Positions 10,501-18,957 of a stretch of DNA of 64,000 bases are shown here, in pieces. Source of the DNA: Minisyncoccota bacterium (GTDB taxonomy: Bacteria > Patescibacteriota > Minisyncoccia > Phycocordibacterales > XYD1-FULL-46-19); the NCBI GenBank assembly GCA_041665625.1, contig JBAYIK010000003.1:2967-66966 (forward strand), given 5' to 3'. Below the pieces are notes generated by a model that had not been told where the DNA came from, did no database searches, and saw nothing but the letters and a program-made list of their open reading frames with translations. How positions within the stretch are numbered: the stretch's first letter is position 1; the number at the start of each line of letters is the position of its first letter. The translations under genes and the position numbers were made by a program.

Positions 10501-10989
10501 GATGATCCTAATTATCCTTTGACTCCTTATTTCCCTAAACTTTGGAAAATTCCTGGGACCACCCGCGTCCTTGGTACAGCTGAGGATACTATCACTCTCC
10601 GTTGCCCTTCCGACTACGGTGATAAAACTATGTATGTTCGGGTGAAGCCAGCTATTGTTGATGCCGATTTCAAAATGGAGTTGAGAGGTAATGATAGGAA
10701 ACCTCATGCGACCTGGAAGGCTGTACCAAGAGGCTATTCCTCTGGCCGTCAGGGAAGTTGCTCTGTCGTGTTTTCACAAGTCGGTGCCACGACTGATGGT
10801 GCTACTTATAGCAAACCTAACCAAACTAAAACTGGTGGTATGGTTGGGGATCAAGAAGTTAGTACTAAAGGCGCGCTTTGTCCGGTTAACAACTGGCGGA
10901 CTCAATATTGTCGAATAAGGGCTACCCTTTCTTGCGAGTTAAATGGTTTGACAACGTCTGCTGTCAAAGATGCTGAAAATACTTATTAA
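7558..10989 (+). CDS. Large secreted multidomain surface protein (two TSP1-like modules, NBR1-Ig-like domain, Ig-like repeats, shared ENTY C-terminal domain)
   Basis: Signal peptide; WTAWGSC...RTRICTG and WTAVGSCSLPCGSGTQ...RSCNTQSCP; VKNTS..W/YRL/APxxAGTYTL motif; three LAxP..DW.I...W...V(D/E)IWMC repeats. Confidence 0.8.
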   Translation: MNLRKIFVLALFLSLFVLPALTQAATTPNVPNPSWTAWGSCPAITSATACGNFLYRTRICTGTRCPSMRVQSKICGYAPCSLDQNKAEFVEITGAPSTSTLTPRQEFVLTVKVKNTSDIFWPKQSTANLAKKAYGYRLAFVDINADVNADGYSDYTNVWDYSYGLTLNQDIATGSIATFSKKIKAPSKAGTYTLTMQMYQQNRGLFGPKSETKTYTVGGGDTDILANPTLDSYGDWEIKTAMKKLSWDKKAFSSSYVEIWMCPSTVVIPSSDDCIKSYGGTDAVNSGSRDIGLPLGVTPGLWKVFVTGTTNGTVGSGFTPVVKLVDNSGIVSLGISGVDVGGTSFNEVSDIWTRGMSKAVDWVTTGDINHVKISICPVGLDTCLLAKHNDVTLDNVLNDDDYSPVTIPSNSTYTQAKIKVEDKTNSSRFGLSPVFTVGSANVVVLANPYFTDASDWNITGQTKIIKWDPKAFSNGAGNVDIWMCKAGVNTFSTTNGDCINSYLGVPNAGERQIGLPGNITTGYWRVYIKNSLVGNYNGAGFTPQVRLVGGNTNVPNGFSDVLIEGVSGTADNTWYAGTKKNISWRRNGTMPSINLRICSVGASSCPSYLLYNSAQTNGVNDVTLPDNIALAPGAYFLKVENYANTNQSAVSANFTVGAAPSVLASPYLTNTNDWNITGQTKTLKWGALAFNSGTGNVDIWMCKDEAGFSATNGNCLNSYSGVPNAGEKQIGLPSNITTGYWRVYVKGSRGDNSRAGFTPKIKLVSDSVATVYGSLRAASNQPSVGQVRIGATSGNGWTSDYTYPQMNDTVCPGGNCIVSLKTTNSAYRFVANSGPQTCTGDANTGVRVCTFPRTTDNISVIGTWELIPINPPPEATGPTWTAVGSCSLPCGSGTQTWTCAGTACPRAREVRSCNTQSCPLSVAPSMSINGYDQNQVYVDLNTRDDGYNILIKNSIVGCYVMRNGNIIELLSGGDIAVSGYRDDPNYPLTPYFPKLWKIPGTTRVLGTAEDTITLRCPSDYGDKTMYVRVKPAIVDADFKMELRGNDRKPHATWKAVPRGYSSGRQGSCSVVFSQVGATTDGATYSKPNQTKTGGMVGDQEVSTKGALCPVNNWRTQYCRIRATLSCELNGLTTSAVKDAENTY

Positions 10990-11006
10990 AAAGTAATTTA
11001 GTAAGA

Positions 11007-11044
11007 CAAACAAAAAGAGAGGATAAAACCTCTCTTTTTGTTTG
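11007..11044 (+). terminator. Intrinsic terminator
   Basis: CAAACAAAAAGAGAGG / CCTCTCTTTTTGTTTG. Confidence 0.8.
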
Positions 11045-11082
11045 GGAATAAAAAAAATTTGCGTTATAATTTGTAGTAGTTT

Positions 11083-12843
11083 ATGCCTATTAGTTTGCAA
11101 AGTTTAAAAGATTTTTTGCTCGATGCCCGCCTTTTGGCCGCGCGAGATTTTGATAGCGTCATGACTGAAGCCGGCGGTGACAACCGTCGGGCGGAGGATC
11201 TTTTGGTTAGTAAGGGTCTTATTAGTGAAGATGATTTACGTCGAGCAAAGTCTTACATCCTAGGTATCCCGTTTGTTGATTTGCATAAGGAACGAATTCC
11301 AAAGGAAGTCCTTTTCTTAATCCCTGAACCGGTCGCTCGTAAACATAATATTGTTGCCTATAAAAAAGGGGTGGATACTCTTGAAGTGGCGATGCTTGAT
11401 CCGCTTGATCTTGAATCAATCGATTTCATAAAGAAGGGAACCGGTCTTAAGATTTTACCTCGCCTTACTGATACTGATTCGATTAAAGCGGTTCTTGTTC
11501 AGTATCAAAAAAGCTTGAAGGCCGAGTTTGGCGACCTTATTCAAAAAGAGTCTTTGACGATTAAAAATCAGGCTGAAGGGGTTTCGAATGAAGATCCGAC
11601 TAGTGAGGATCTTAAGCGCTTGGCCGAGGGTTTGCCAGTCGTGAGGATTGTCGAGTCACTTCTTGAGCACGCCATTATGCAGAAGGCCTCAGACATCCAT
11701 ATTGAGCCTTTTGAACGGGAGCTTGTCATTCGTTACCGGATTGATGGGGTCCTTCATGACGCAATGATTCTTCCTAAAGAAACGGCTTCGGGGATTGTTG
11801 CTCGTATCAAAGTCTTGGCTAATCTTCGCCTGGATGAGAAGCGCCTCCCTCAAGATGGACGCTTTAAGACGACGAGCCACGGAGCTAACGTCTCTTACCG
11901 TGTCTCAACTTTACCAATTCAGTTTGGTGAGAAGGTCGTTATGCGTCTTCTTCCCGATTCTGTCCACGGGCTAACTCTTGAATCTGTCGGCTTCCACGGA
12001 GAAGGATTGGAAAAAATTCAGAAGGCGATTCAGCGCACGACAGGGATGCTCTTGGTCACGGGCCCAACTGGTTCGGGTAAATCGACAACTCTCTATGCCT
12101 TGCTTGATATTTTAAATACTCCTGACGTTAATATCTCGACGGTCGAAGACCCTGTTGAGTATCAGATCCGGCGCGTTAATCAAACTCAGGTTCGTCCTGA
12201 TATCGGTTTAACTTTTGCTTCAGGCCTTCGTACTCTCGTTCGTCAGGATCCTGACATTATCATGGTGGGAGAAATTCGTGACCAAGAAACAGCTAGTTTG
12301 GCTATTAATGCTGCCTTGACTGGGCATTTAGTTCTTTCTACTCTCCACACTAACTCGGCCGCAGGCACCATCCCTCGTCTCCTTGATTTAGGAGCAGAAC
12401 CCTTCTTATTGGTTTCGACTGTTGAGGTGATTGTTGCCCAACGTTTAGTACGTAAATTGTCTGACCCCAAGGAACCTTATATCCCTACTCCTGATGAGAT
12501 AAAAGCCTTGGGCGAAAAGGCTGATCTCCCCAAGGTGTTGTCTTGTCTTAAGAAAGAAAAAATTATTAAAGAAACTGACGACTGGGCCAATATCAATTTC
12601 TATCGGCCCAAGATTTCGGCTGACCCGGCTAACCCTGACGGCTATGCCGGTCGTCTTGCTATTGTCGAAGTCTTGACGATGTCTCGCGTTCTACGGGAAA
12701 TGATTATTAAGAACGCAACAGCCGAAGATCTTAACCGAGAAGCTCGAGAGGAAGGGATGCTCACTATGCTTGAGGACGGACTCTTCAAGGCGGTCCAGGG
12801 TTTAACCTCAGTTGAAGAAATATTGAGAGCTGTAACAGAATAG
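11083..12843 (+). CDS. pilB: Type IV pilus assembly ATPase (PilB/GspE family)
   Basis: ASDIHIEP, RLPQDGR, Walker A GPTGSGKST, EDPVEY, RQDPDIIMVGEIRD, TGHLVLSTLHTN. Confidence 0.95.
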   Translation: MPISLQSLKDFLLDARLLAARDFDSVMTEAGGDNRRAEDLLVSKGLISEDDLRRAKSYILGIPFVDLHKERIPKEVLFLIPEPVARKHNIVAYKKGVDTLEVAMLDPLDLESIDFIKKGTGLKILPRLTDTDSIKAVLVQYQKSLKAEFGDLIQKESLTIKNQAEGVSNEDPTSEDLKRLAEGLPVVRIVESLLEHAIMQKASDIHIEPFERELVIRYRIDGVLHDAMILPKETASGIVARIKVLANLRLDEKRLPQDGRFKTTSHGANVSYRVSTLPIQFGEKVVMRLLPDSVHGLTLESVGFHGEGLEKIQKAIQRTTGMLLVTGPTGSGKSTTLYALLDILNTPDVNISTVEDPVEYQIRRVNQTQVRPDIGLTFASGLRTLVRQDPDIIMVGEIRDQETASLAINAALTGHLVLSTLHTNSAAGTIPRLLDLGAEPFLLVSTVEVIVAQRLVRKLSDPKEPYIPTPDEIKALGEKADLPKVLSCLKKEKIIKETDDWANINFYRPKISADPANPDGYAGRLAIVEVLTMSRVLREMIIKNATAEDLNREAREEGMLTMLEDGLFKAVQGLTSVEEILRAVTE

Positions 12844-12874
12844 TTCAATAAACTCACTACAAGTAATTATTATC

Positions 12875-14098
12875 ATGATTAATTTTTCTTATCGAGTTAG
12901 ACGTGACGGTGGAGGAGAAGAAACGGGGGAGCGTCTCTCGACGGATCGTTTTGCATTGGCCCGAGAATTGCGGGGAGAGGGGCTAACGGTTATTGCTGTC
13001 AACGAAATTAGGGTTAAGCCGGGCAATGATATTTTGTCGAAGATAAATATTTTTGGTCGCCGAGTAAAATTGAAAGATAAAATTATTTTTGCGAGCAACC
13101 TTAGTTCAATGCTTTCGGCGGGTTTGTCTTTGTCGCGGGCTTTGTCGGTTTTGTCCAAACAAACGAATAATAGAAACTTTAAAGGAGTCATCGACAAGGT
13201 CGGTGCAAAAATTAATAAGGGTGATAGTTTTAGTCGAGCCCTTGCTTCTTACCCTAAAGTTTTTCCTGAAGTTTTTGTGGCCATGATTGAAGCGGCTGAG
13301 GAGTCTGGCAAAATGCCTGAAGCCCTCAAATTAATTGCTGAGCAGCTAGAAAAAAGTTATGGCTTGCGCCGTAAAATTATGGGAGCTCTTATATACCCGG
13401 CAGTAATTGTGGTTGTCATTTTTGCCATCGGTATCTTGATGATGATTTTTCTCATCCCGACCTTGTCATCGACCTTTAGGGAATTAGATGTTCCTCTACC
13501 AGTGACAACGCTCTTTGTTATTAATCTCTCTGATTTTCTTGTTAATAATCTTGTTCTTGTTCTTATTTTAATAGCCGGGGCGGTAGCGGGGGCCTTCGTC
13601 TTCATCCGGTCAGATCTTGGCAAAAGTTACTCTTCAGCTCTTTTCTTATATATACCTTTTGTAAAGAACCTCACGCGCCAGGCCAATTCGGCGACGGTCT
13701 TGCGGACTATCTCTTCTCTTATCTCTGCTGGTGTCAGTATGACTCAAACGTTAGAAATTACGGCTCGCGTGGTTCAAAATGAGTATTATCGCAAAGTTCT
13801 AACTGAAGCTTATGATAAGGTCCAAAAGGGCTTACCTCTTTCAGCCGTGTTTGCTGCTCACCAAAACCTCTTTCCCATTTTTGCCAGTGAAATGTCCGCC
13901 GTGGGGGAGGAAACAGGTAAGTTGCCCGAACTATTACTTAAAGGAGCCCTCTTTTTTGAAGACGAAGTTGATCAAGTCACAAAAAATCTTTCCACTGTCA
14001 TTGAGCCCGTCTTAATGGTCTTTATTGGTATTGCTGTAGGCTTCTTTGCTATATCAATGATCGGTCCAATGTATTCACTTTCTAATGCGATTAAATAA
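12875..14098 (+). CDS. pilC: Type IV pilus platform protein (PilC/GspF family)
   Basis: Two T2SSF domains (AEESGK, VGEETGKL), ALIYP, IEP motif, three TM helices. Confidence 0.93.
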   Translation: MINFSYRVRRDGGGEETGERLSTDRFALARELRGEGLTVIAVNEIRVKPGNDILSKINIFGRRVKLKDKIIFASNLSSMLSAGLSLSRALSVLSKQTNNRNFKGVIDKVGAKINKGDSFSRALASYPKVFPEVFVAMIEAAEESGKMPEALKLIAEQLEKSYGLRRKIMGALIYPAVIVVVIFAIGILMMIFLIPTLSSTFRELDVPLPVTTLFVINLSDFLVNNLVLVLILIAGAVAGAFVFIRSDLGKSYSSALFLYIPFVKNLTRQANSATVLRTISSLISAGVSMTQTLEITARVVQNEYYRKVLTEAYDKVQKGLPLSAVFAAHQNLFPIFASEMSAVGEETGKLPELLLKGALFFEDEVDQVTKNLSTVIEPVLMVFIGIAVGFFAISMIGPMYSLSNAIK

Positions 14099-15989
14099 AG
14101 GAAAAACTGGTGGATTTACCCCCACACCAAAGATGTTTCTTGCACCAGTGATTTTTATTATGGAATTTCTCAAAGATAAGATTAAATTTGTTTATGGCAA
14201 TTTTTCTATTGGCTTGGTTAAAAGCAAAAAATCGAGAAAATCTTTGGTGTGGGGGTTTACTCTTGTTGAGTCGGTTGTGGCGACAGCCATTTTTGTCATA
14301 ATCGCTCTAGGAATTTACCAAGCCTTCTATAGTTTGAGCGGTTTGGTCCAGATATCTAAACTCAAATCGACAGCCGTTTCCCTTGCCAATGAAAAGTTAG
14401 AAATTGCTCGTAATTTATCCTATTACGATCTTGGAGTTATTGATGGAGCTCCACCTGGGAAGATCCCCCAAGAGAAAAATGAAATTCGGAATGGCATTAA
14501 TTTTATTGTTAGTACAACAGTGAGAAGTATTGACGACCCTTTTGACGGTACGATTGCCAGCAGTACGGATCTAAACCCCGCGGACTATAAACTTGTTTCC
14601 GTTGAAGTCGCTTGCCCTAGTTGTCGCAATTATCAACCTATTACTTTGGCCACCCGGGTATCTCCCAAGAATTTGGAGATGAGCCTTGGTCACGGCGCCC
14701 TCTTTGTTCAAGTTATTGATGCTGAAGGCAAGGGGATTCCTGATGTCGATGTGAAGGTCACTAATACAGCGACCACTACAATTGTTATTGATAAAACGAA
14801 TAATGCGGGGCTTTTGCAGTTGGTGGACCTTCCTCCCGGCGAGCTTGTTTATCGGGTAGAGGTTAGTAAATCTGGTTATTCTTCCTCTCGGACTTATGCT
14901 CCGGGAGAGAACGGCTTAGCTCGTCCAGCTAATTTGAATCCAACTGTTTCGGCTAGCCAATTAACAAAAATGACTCTCGTTATTGATAAACTTAGTAATT
15001 TGCAAGTGAGAACGATTGATCAATATTGTCAGACTCCTTCTCGTTCTTTTTCTTTCCATTTGCAGGGGGCGAAATACTTGGATTCGGAAAATTCTATTTT
15101 GAAATATAACCAAGACTTAACAGTTTCTGGCCTACTTAGTCTCACCGGACTAGAATGGGATACCTATAAATTTACTCCTAATGATGAAACTTGGGCAATT
15201 GTGGGCTCTTTTCCTTTACAGTCAGTTCTTTTGCTTCCCGGTGCCACGAGTGAGGTTAAGCTTCTCTTGGCCCCTCCCGACGGACGGGGACTTCTCGTTT
15301 CGGTTAAGGATGGGACATCTCTTGGCCTGCCTTTGTCTGATGTCGCCGTTACTTTAAGCAAAGCGGGAGACACTCGGTCCCAGAGTACTAGCCAGGGATT
15401 CTTCAGGGACACTGATTGGTCTTCTGGAGATAGTACTGGCGATGGTAATATCACCCTTAATGATCCGGTCGGGGACCTTAAATTAAAGGAGGTTCTCGGC
15501 AGTTATGAGCCTGAAGGTTTCTTAATTTCTCAACTCTTCGATACTGGGACAAGCTCCACTGCTTTTTATAGTATTGTATTTCAGCCAACTATCCAGGATC
15601 CAGCAACGGGGGTAGATAGTGTTCGCTTTCAGATCGCTTCAAGTAATGACCCCGCGACAACCACTTGGGATTTTACTGGGCCAGATGGTTTGGCGACAAG
15701 TTTTTATACTAGCTCCGGTCAAACTATCCATTCTCAACATAACGACAGGCGTTATGTGCGTTATAAGGTATACTTATCAACAGCTAACCGAAGTTATAGC
15801 CCAAGTCTCTCTGATGTGGCTATAACTTATAGCTCTGGGTGTTTACCTTTTGGTCAAGTCTTTTTCTCCGGGTTAAGTTCGGGGACTTATAACGTCACGG
15901 CCGAAAAAGATGGCTACCAATCTTATACCGGCTCGATCTCTATTGATAGTAATTGGCAGATACTAGAAATTCCTCTCAATTTGCAATAA
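14085..15989 (+). CDS. Minor pilin (PilV-like prepilin N-terminus) with large beta-sandwich C-terminal domains; leader lengthened by a 47-codon insertion
   Basis: G|FTLVE cleavage/methylation motif followed by a hydrophobic helix and A..LANEKLE.AR; follows pilC. Confidence 0.85.
   Translation: MRLNKGKTGGFTPTPKMFLAPVIFIMEFLKDKIKFVYGNFSIGLVKSKKSRKSLVWGFTLVESVVATAIFVIIALGIYQAFYSLSGLVQISKLKSTAVSLANEKLEIARNLSYYDLGVIDGAPPGKIPQEKNEIRNGINFIVSTTVRSIDDPFDGTIASSTDLNPADYKLVSVEVACPSCRNYQPITLATRVSPKNLEMSLGHGALFVQVIDAEGKGIPDVDVKVTNTATTTIVIDKTNNAGLLQLVDLPPGELVYRVEVSKSGYSSSRTYAPGENGLARPANLNPTVSASQLTKMTLVIDKLSNLQVRTIDQYCQTPSRSFSFHLQGAKYLDSENSILKYNQDLTVSGLLSLTGLEWDTYKFTPNDETWAIVGSFPLQSVLLLPGATSEVKLLLAPPDGRGLLVSVKDGTSLGLPLSDVAVTLSKAGDTRSQSTSQGFFRDTDWSSGDSTGDGNITLNDPVGDLKLKEVLGSYEPEGFLISQLFDTGTSSTAFYSIVFQPTIQDPATGVDSVRFQIASSNDPATTTWDFTGPDGLATSFYTSSGQTIHSQHNDRRYVRYKVYLSTANRSYSPSLSDVAITYSSGCLPFGQVFFSGLSSGTYNVTAEKDGYQSYTGSISIDSNWQILEIPLNLQ
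14119..14255. mobile_element. MITE-like insertion (137 bp) in the prepilin leader with TTTA target-site duplication
   Basis: Perfect 16-bp terminal inverted repeats CCCCCACACCAAAGAT (14119-14134) / ATCTTTGGTGTGGGGG (14240-14255); TTTA at 14115-14118 and 14256-14259; removing 141 bp restores MRLNKGKTGG|FTLVE. Confidence 0.85.
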
Positions 15990-16567
15990 TGAAAAAAAAC
16001 TTTAACAACCTAAAGGGGCTTACCCTGATTGAGTTACTTGTAGCAATAAGCATTAGTCTCCTTGTTGGTATAGCCGTTATTAATTTTGGCCGTGATATTT
16101 TCTATCAAAATTATCTTGTTTCTAAGTCGTTGGTATCGGAGAACGAAGCTAAGTCTACCTTGAGCCGAATTGTTACCGAGCTTCGCCGGGCCGTTCCCGC
16201 AGGGACGGGGGCTTACCCTCTCGATACTGTTAGCTCTACTACCCTTATTTTTTATAGTGATACTAATGGAGATGGAGTGAGCGAGAGACTTCATTATTGG
16301 CGAGACGGCTTATCTCTTAAGCGAGGTCTAACTAGCCCTTCTGGTTCGCCCTATACTTATTCTCCAACAGATGGGAGTGTCGGTATAGCCGTGAATACTC
16401 TTATTAATGCAACGGGAACCATTTTTAGTTATTATGATCAGAACTATGATGGTTCAAGTTCCCCATTGTCCCTTCCTGTTAATGTCGCGAGCGTTCGTTT
16501 GATTAAAATAGATTTAGGAAATTTAAGTAATCAGGTCATGCTTCGGGTTCTAAAGGATAATTATTAA
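15989..16567 (+). CDS. Minor pilin (PilW-like)
   Basis: ATG at 15989 overlaps the upstream stop; MKKNFNNLKG|LTLIELLVAI prepilin motif. Confidence 0.85.
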   Translation: MKKNFNNLKGLTLIELLVAISISLLVGIAVINFGRDIFYQNYLVSKSLVSENEAKSTLSRIVTELRRAVPAGTGAYPLDTVSSTTLIFYSDTNGDGVSERLHYWRDGLSLKRGLTSPSGSPYTYSPTDGSVGIAVNTLINATGTIFSYYDQNYDGSSSPLSLPVNVASVRLIKIDLGNLSNQVMLRVLKDNY

Positions 16568-16568
16568 A

Positions 16569-17984
16569 ATGAAAAAACTAAAACAAAAAGGTTATTTATT
16601 AATTCAAGTTTTAGTTTTTGGGGCTGTGGGTCTTGTCATTATTGGCGGGCTCATCGGCTTTGCCGGAACAAGCTTAAAATATTCTAATTATCTAAAATCG
16701 AGAGAACAAGCTTTGGCCATTGCTGAGGCTGGCCTTGATTATTACCGCTGGCATCTGGCCCATGCCCCTTTAGATTTTAAGGACGGGACGGGGCAGGCGG
16801 GGCCTTATGTTCATTCTTTTCCTGACAAAAACAATGATATCATCGGTCAGTTTACGTTAACGGTTATTCCTCCAGGTATGGGCTCGACTATTGTCACTAT
16901 CCAGTCTAAAGGAGAAGTCTTTGACGGTTCTGGAGCTAGTCGTACTTTAGAAAGCAAGCTCGCCATCACTTCCTTAGCTAAATATGCGGTGGTTGCCGAC
17001 GCGGATCTTCGTTTTGGCGAGGGGACAGTAATTTTTGGCCCCATTCACTCTAATGGGGGGATTCGTTTTGACGGTTTGGCTAATAATTTGGTTACCAGCG
17101 CCTTGCCCAATTATAATGATCCTGATCATACTGGGGATAATGAGTATGCTGTCCATACTCACCTTGGGACTGATGATCCGACGCCTCCGACTTCTTTGCC
17201 TCTTAGGGCCGATGTTTTCCGCGCGGGAAGACAAATCTCTGTCCCGGCAGTAAGCTTCCTTGGCCTCTCAGCTGACATGGCCGTACTTGAGACCCTGGCC
17301 AGCTCAACGGATGGAGTCTTTCTCTCTAATTCAGGGGCATCGGGCTATGAATTAGTTCTTAAGACAACGGGGAAATTTGATGTCTACAAAGTTAATTCTG
17401 TTCGTTCCCCAAGCAACTTTTTTTGTTTTAATAGTAATTTCCAAACCGGTTGGGGGACTTGGAGCATTAATGATAGGACTAAAATTTTACCAGGAGATAG
17501 ACCTTTCCCGGTTAACGGTATAATTTTTGTTAAAGATAATATCTGGGTCTCGGGGACTATAGATGGTAAACGTTTAACCATTGCCTCTTCGATGGGGGCG
17601 AGCGGGAATACGAGTATCACCGTCAATCAAGACCTTAGATATACTCACTATAATGGCGAGGATGCTTTGGCTCTTATTGCCCAGAATAATATCAATGTTG
17701 GTGAATATAGTAGCGATGTCTTAAGAATTGATGGCGCCCTAGTGGCCCAAAGCGGGCGTGTCGGGCGTTTCTATTATAATTTCGCTTGCCCGAGCAATAG
17801 CCTTTCTACCCTGAATCTTTATGGGATGATTGCCTCTAAAGAGCGTTATGGTTTCTCTTATGATGACGGTCGAGGTTATGCTAATCGTAATATTACCTAT
17901 GATGGCAATTTCCTCTATGGTCCACCACCTTCTTTTCCCCTGACTTCTGACCAATACCAGACTATCTCCTGGCGGGAAATTTAG
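16569..17984 (+). CDS. Minor pilin (PilX-like N-terminus)
   Basis: KQKG|YLLIQVL hydrophobic N-terminus without Glu5, QALAIAEAG motif, GPIHSNG beta-rich C-terminus. Confidence 0.85.
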   Translation: MKKLKQKGYLLIQVLVFGAVGLVIIGGLIGFAGTSLKYSNYLKSREQALAIAEAGLDYYRWHLAHAPLDFKDGTGQAGPYVHSFPDKNNDIIGQFTLTVIPPGMGSTIVTIQSKGEVFDGSGASRTLESKLAITSLAKYAVVADADLRFGEGTVIFGPIHSNGGIRFDGLANNLVTSALPNYNDPDHTGDNEYAVHTHLGTDDPTPPTSLPLRADVFRAGRQISVPAVSFLGLSADMAVLETLASSTDGVFLSNSGASGYELVLKTTGKFDVYKVNSVRSPSNFFCFNSNFQTGWGTWSINDRTKILPGDRPFPVNGIIFVKDNIWVSGTIDGKRLTIASSMGASGNTSITVNQDLRYTHYNGEDALALIAQNNINVGEYSSDVLRIDGALVAQSGRVGRFYYNFACPSNSLSTLNLYGMIASKERYGFSYDDGRGYANRNITYDGNFLYGPPPSFPLTSDQYQTISWREI

Positions 17985-18003
17985 GCGCTCGGCCTTGCTT
18001 CAT

Positions 18004-18044
18004 TAAAACAACACATAAAACCCCTCCAGCGAGGGGTTTTCTTA
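18004..18044 (+). repeat. Repeated terminator module, copy 1
   Basis: TAAAACAACACATAAAACCCCTCCAGCGAGGGGTTTTCTTA; 40/41 identical to 37447-37487. Confidence 0.85.
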
Positions 18045-18184
18045 CGCTTCGCATCGGCCATTTTGCCATAGTTCTTCGAACAAAGGATGGCAAAAACCGG
18101 CTGGCCGTAGCTACGCGAGGTTGTTTTACTGAACAAGGCCTCGCTTAGTTGTCGGGAGTGGGGGACGAGGAGTATAATGTCTCC

Positions 18185-18952
18185 ATGTCTACAAAAATTA
18201 TTGCTGGGAACTGGAAAATGAATCCGGTGACCCTAAAGGATGCGAAGCTCACTTTTACTGGGATCAAACGTTCAGTTAGCAAGGTCCGTGGGGTCTCGGT
18301 GCTTATTTGCCCCCCCTTTATCTATTTGCCTGAGCTCAAGAAGATGTCGGCCGGTTCTAAAGTCGAGGTTGGTTCCCAGGATGTGAGTGCCAAGGATATG
18401 GGGGCGGAGACCGGGTCTGTCTCGGCCTACATGGTTCGTGATTTAGGAGTTAAGATGACAATTATCGGTCACTCGGAGAGGAGAGCGGGGGGCGACACGG
18501 ATGAGATTGTTAATCAGAAAGTTCTAACTGCTCTTACGGCCGGCCTCCATGTTATTTTATGTATCGGCGAAAAAGTTCGCGATGATAAAAGCCAGTATCT
18601 TAACACTTTACAAGAACAACTTGAGAAAGCCCTAGCTGGCTTCCCCGTAAAATTGGCTGATCGCCTGATTGTTGCTTATGAGCCCGTTTGGGCGATTGGG
18701 AAGAATGCGACGGGGGTGGAAACACCTGATGGTTTCTTGCAGAATAAAATTTTTGTTCGTAAAGTTTTGGCCGGGATCGTTGGGCGTAAGAAGGCTTTAG
18801 CTGTTCCTGTTCTTTATGGTGGCTCCGCTAATGCTCAGAATGCTGGTGATTTTCTTAAGGCCGGACAAGCTGACGGCCTCTTGGTTGGCCGTGATTCGCT
18901 TAACCCTAAGAATTTTGCCGAGATAATTAAAATTGCCAGCCAGTCTAAATAA
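18185..18952 (+). CDS. tpiA: Triosephosphate isomerase
   Basis: AGNWKMN, IIGHSERR, AYEPVWAIG, LYGGS; ATG at 18185 just after TATAAT. Confidence 0.97.
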   Translation: MSTKIIAGNWKMNPVTLKDAKLTFTGIKRSVSKVRGVSVLICPPFIYLPELKKMSAGSKVEVGSQDVSAKDMGAETGSVSAYMVRDLGVKMTIIGHSERRAGGDTDEIVNQKVLTALTAGLHVILCIGEKVRDDKSQYLNTLQEQLEKALAGFPVKLADRLIVAYEPVWAIGKNATGVETPDGFLQNKIFVRKVLAGIVGRKKALAVPVLYGGSANAQNAGDFLKAGQADGLLVGRDSLNPKNFAEIIKIASQSK

Positions 18953-18957
18953 AAATC

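Noticed and set aside
1251-10989. Prophage tail genes or a diversity-generating retroelement template/variable repeat pair
   Set aside because: The proteins have Sec signal peptides and no other phage genes are nearby. Differences between duplicated segments are largely synonymous and not adenine-specific, and there is no reverse transcriptase in the window.
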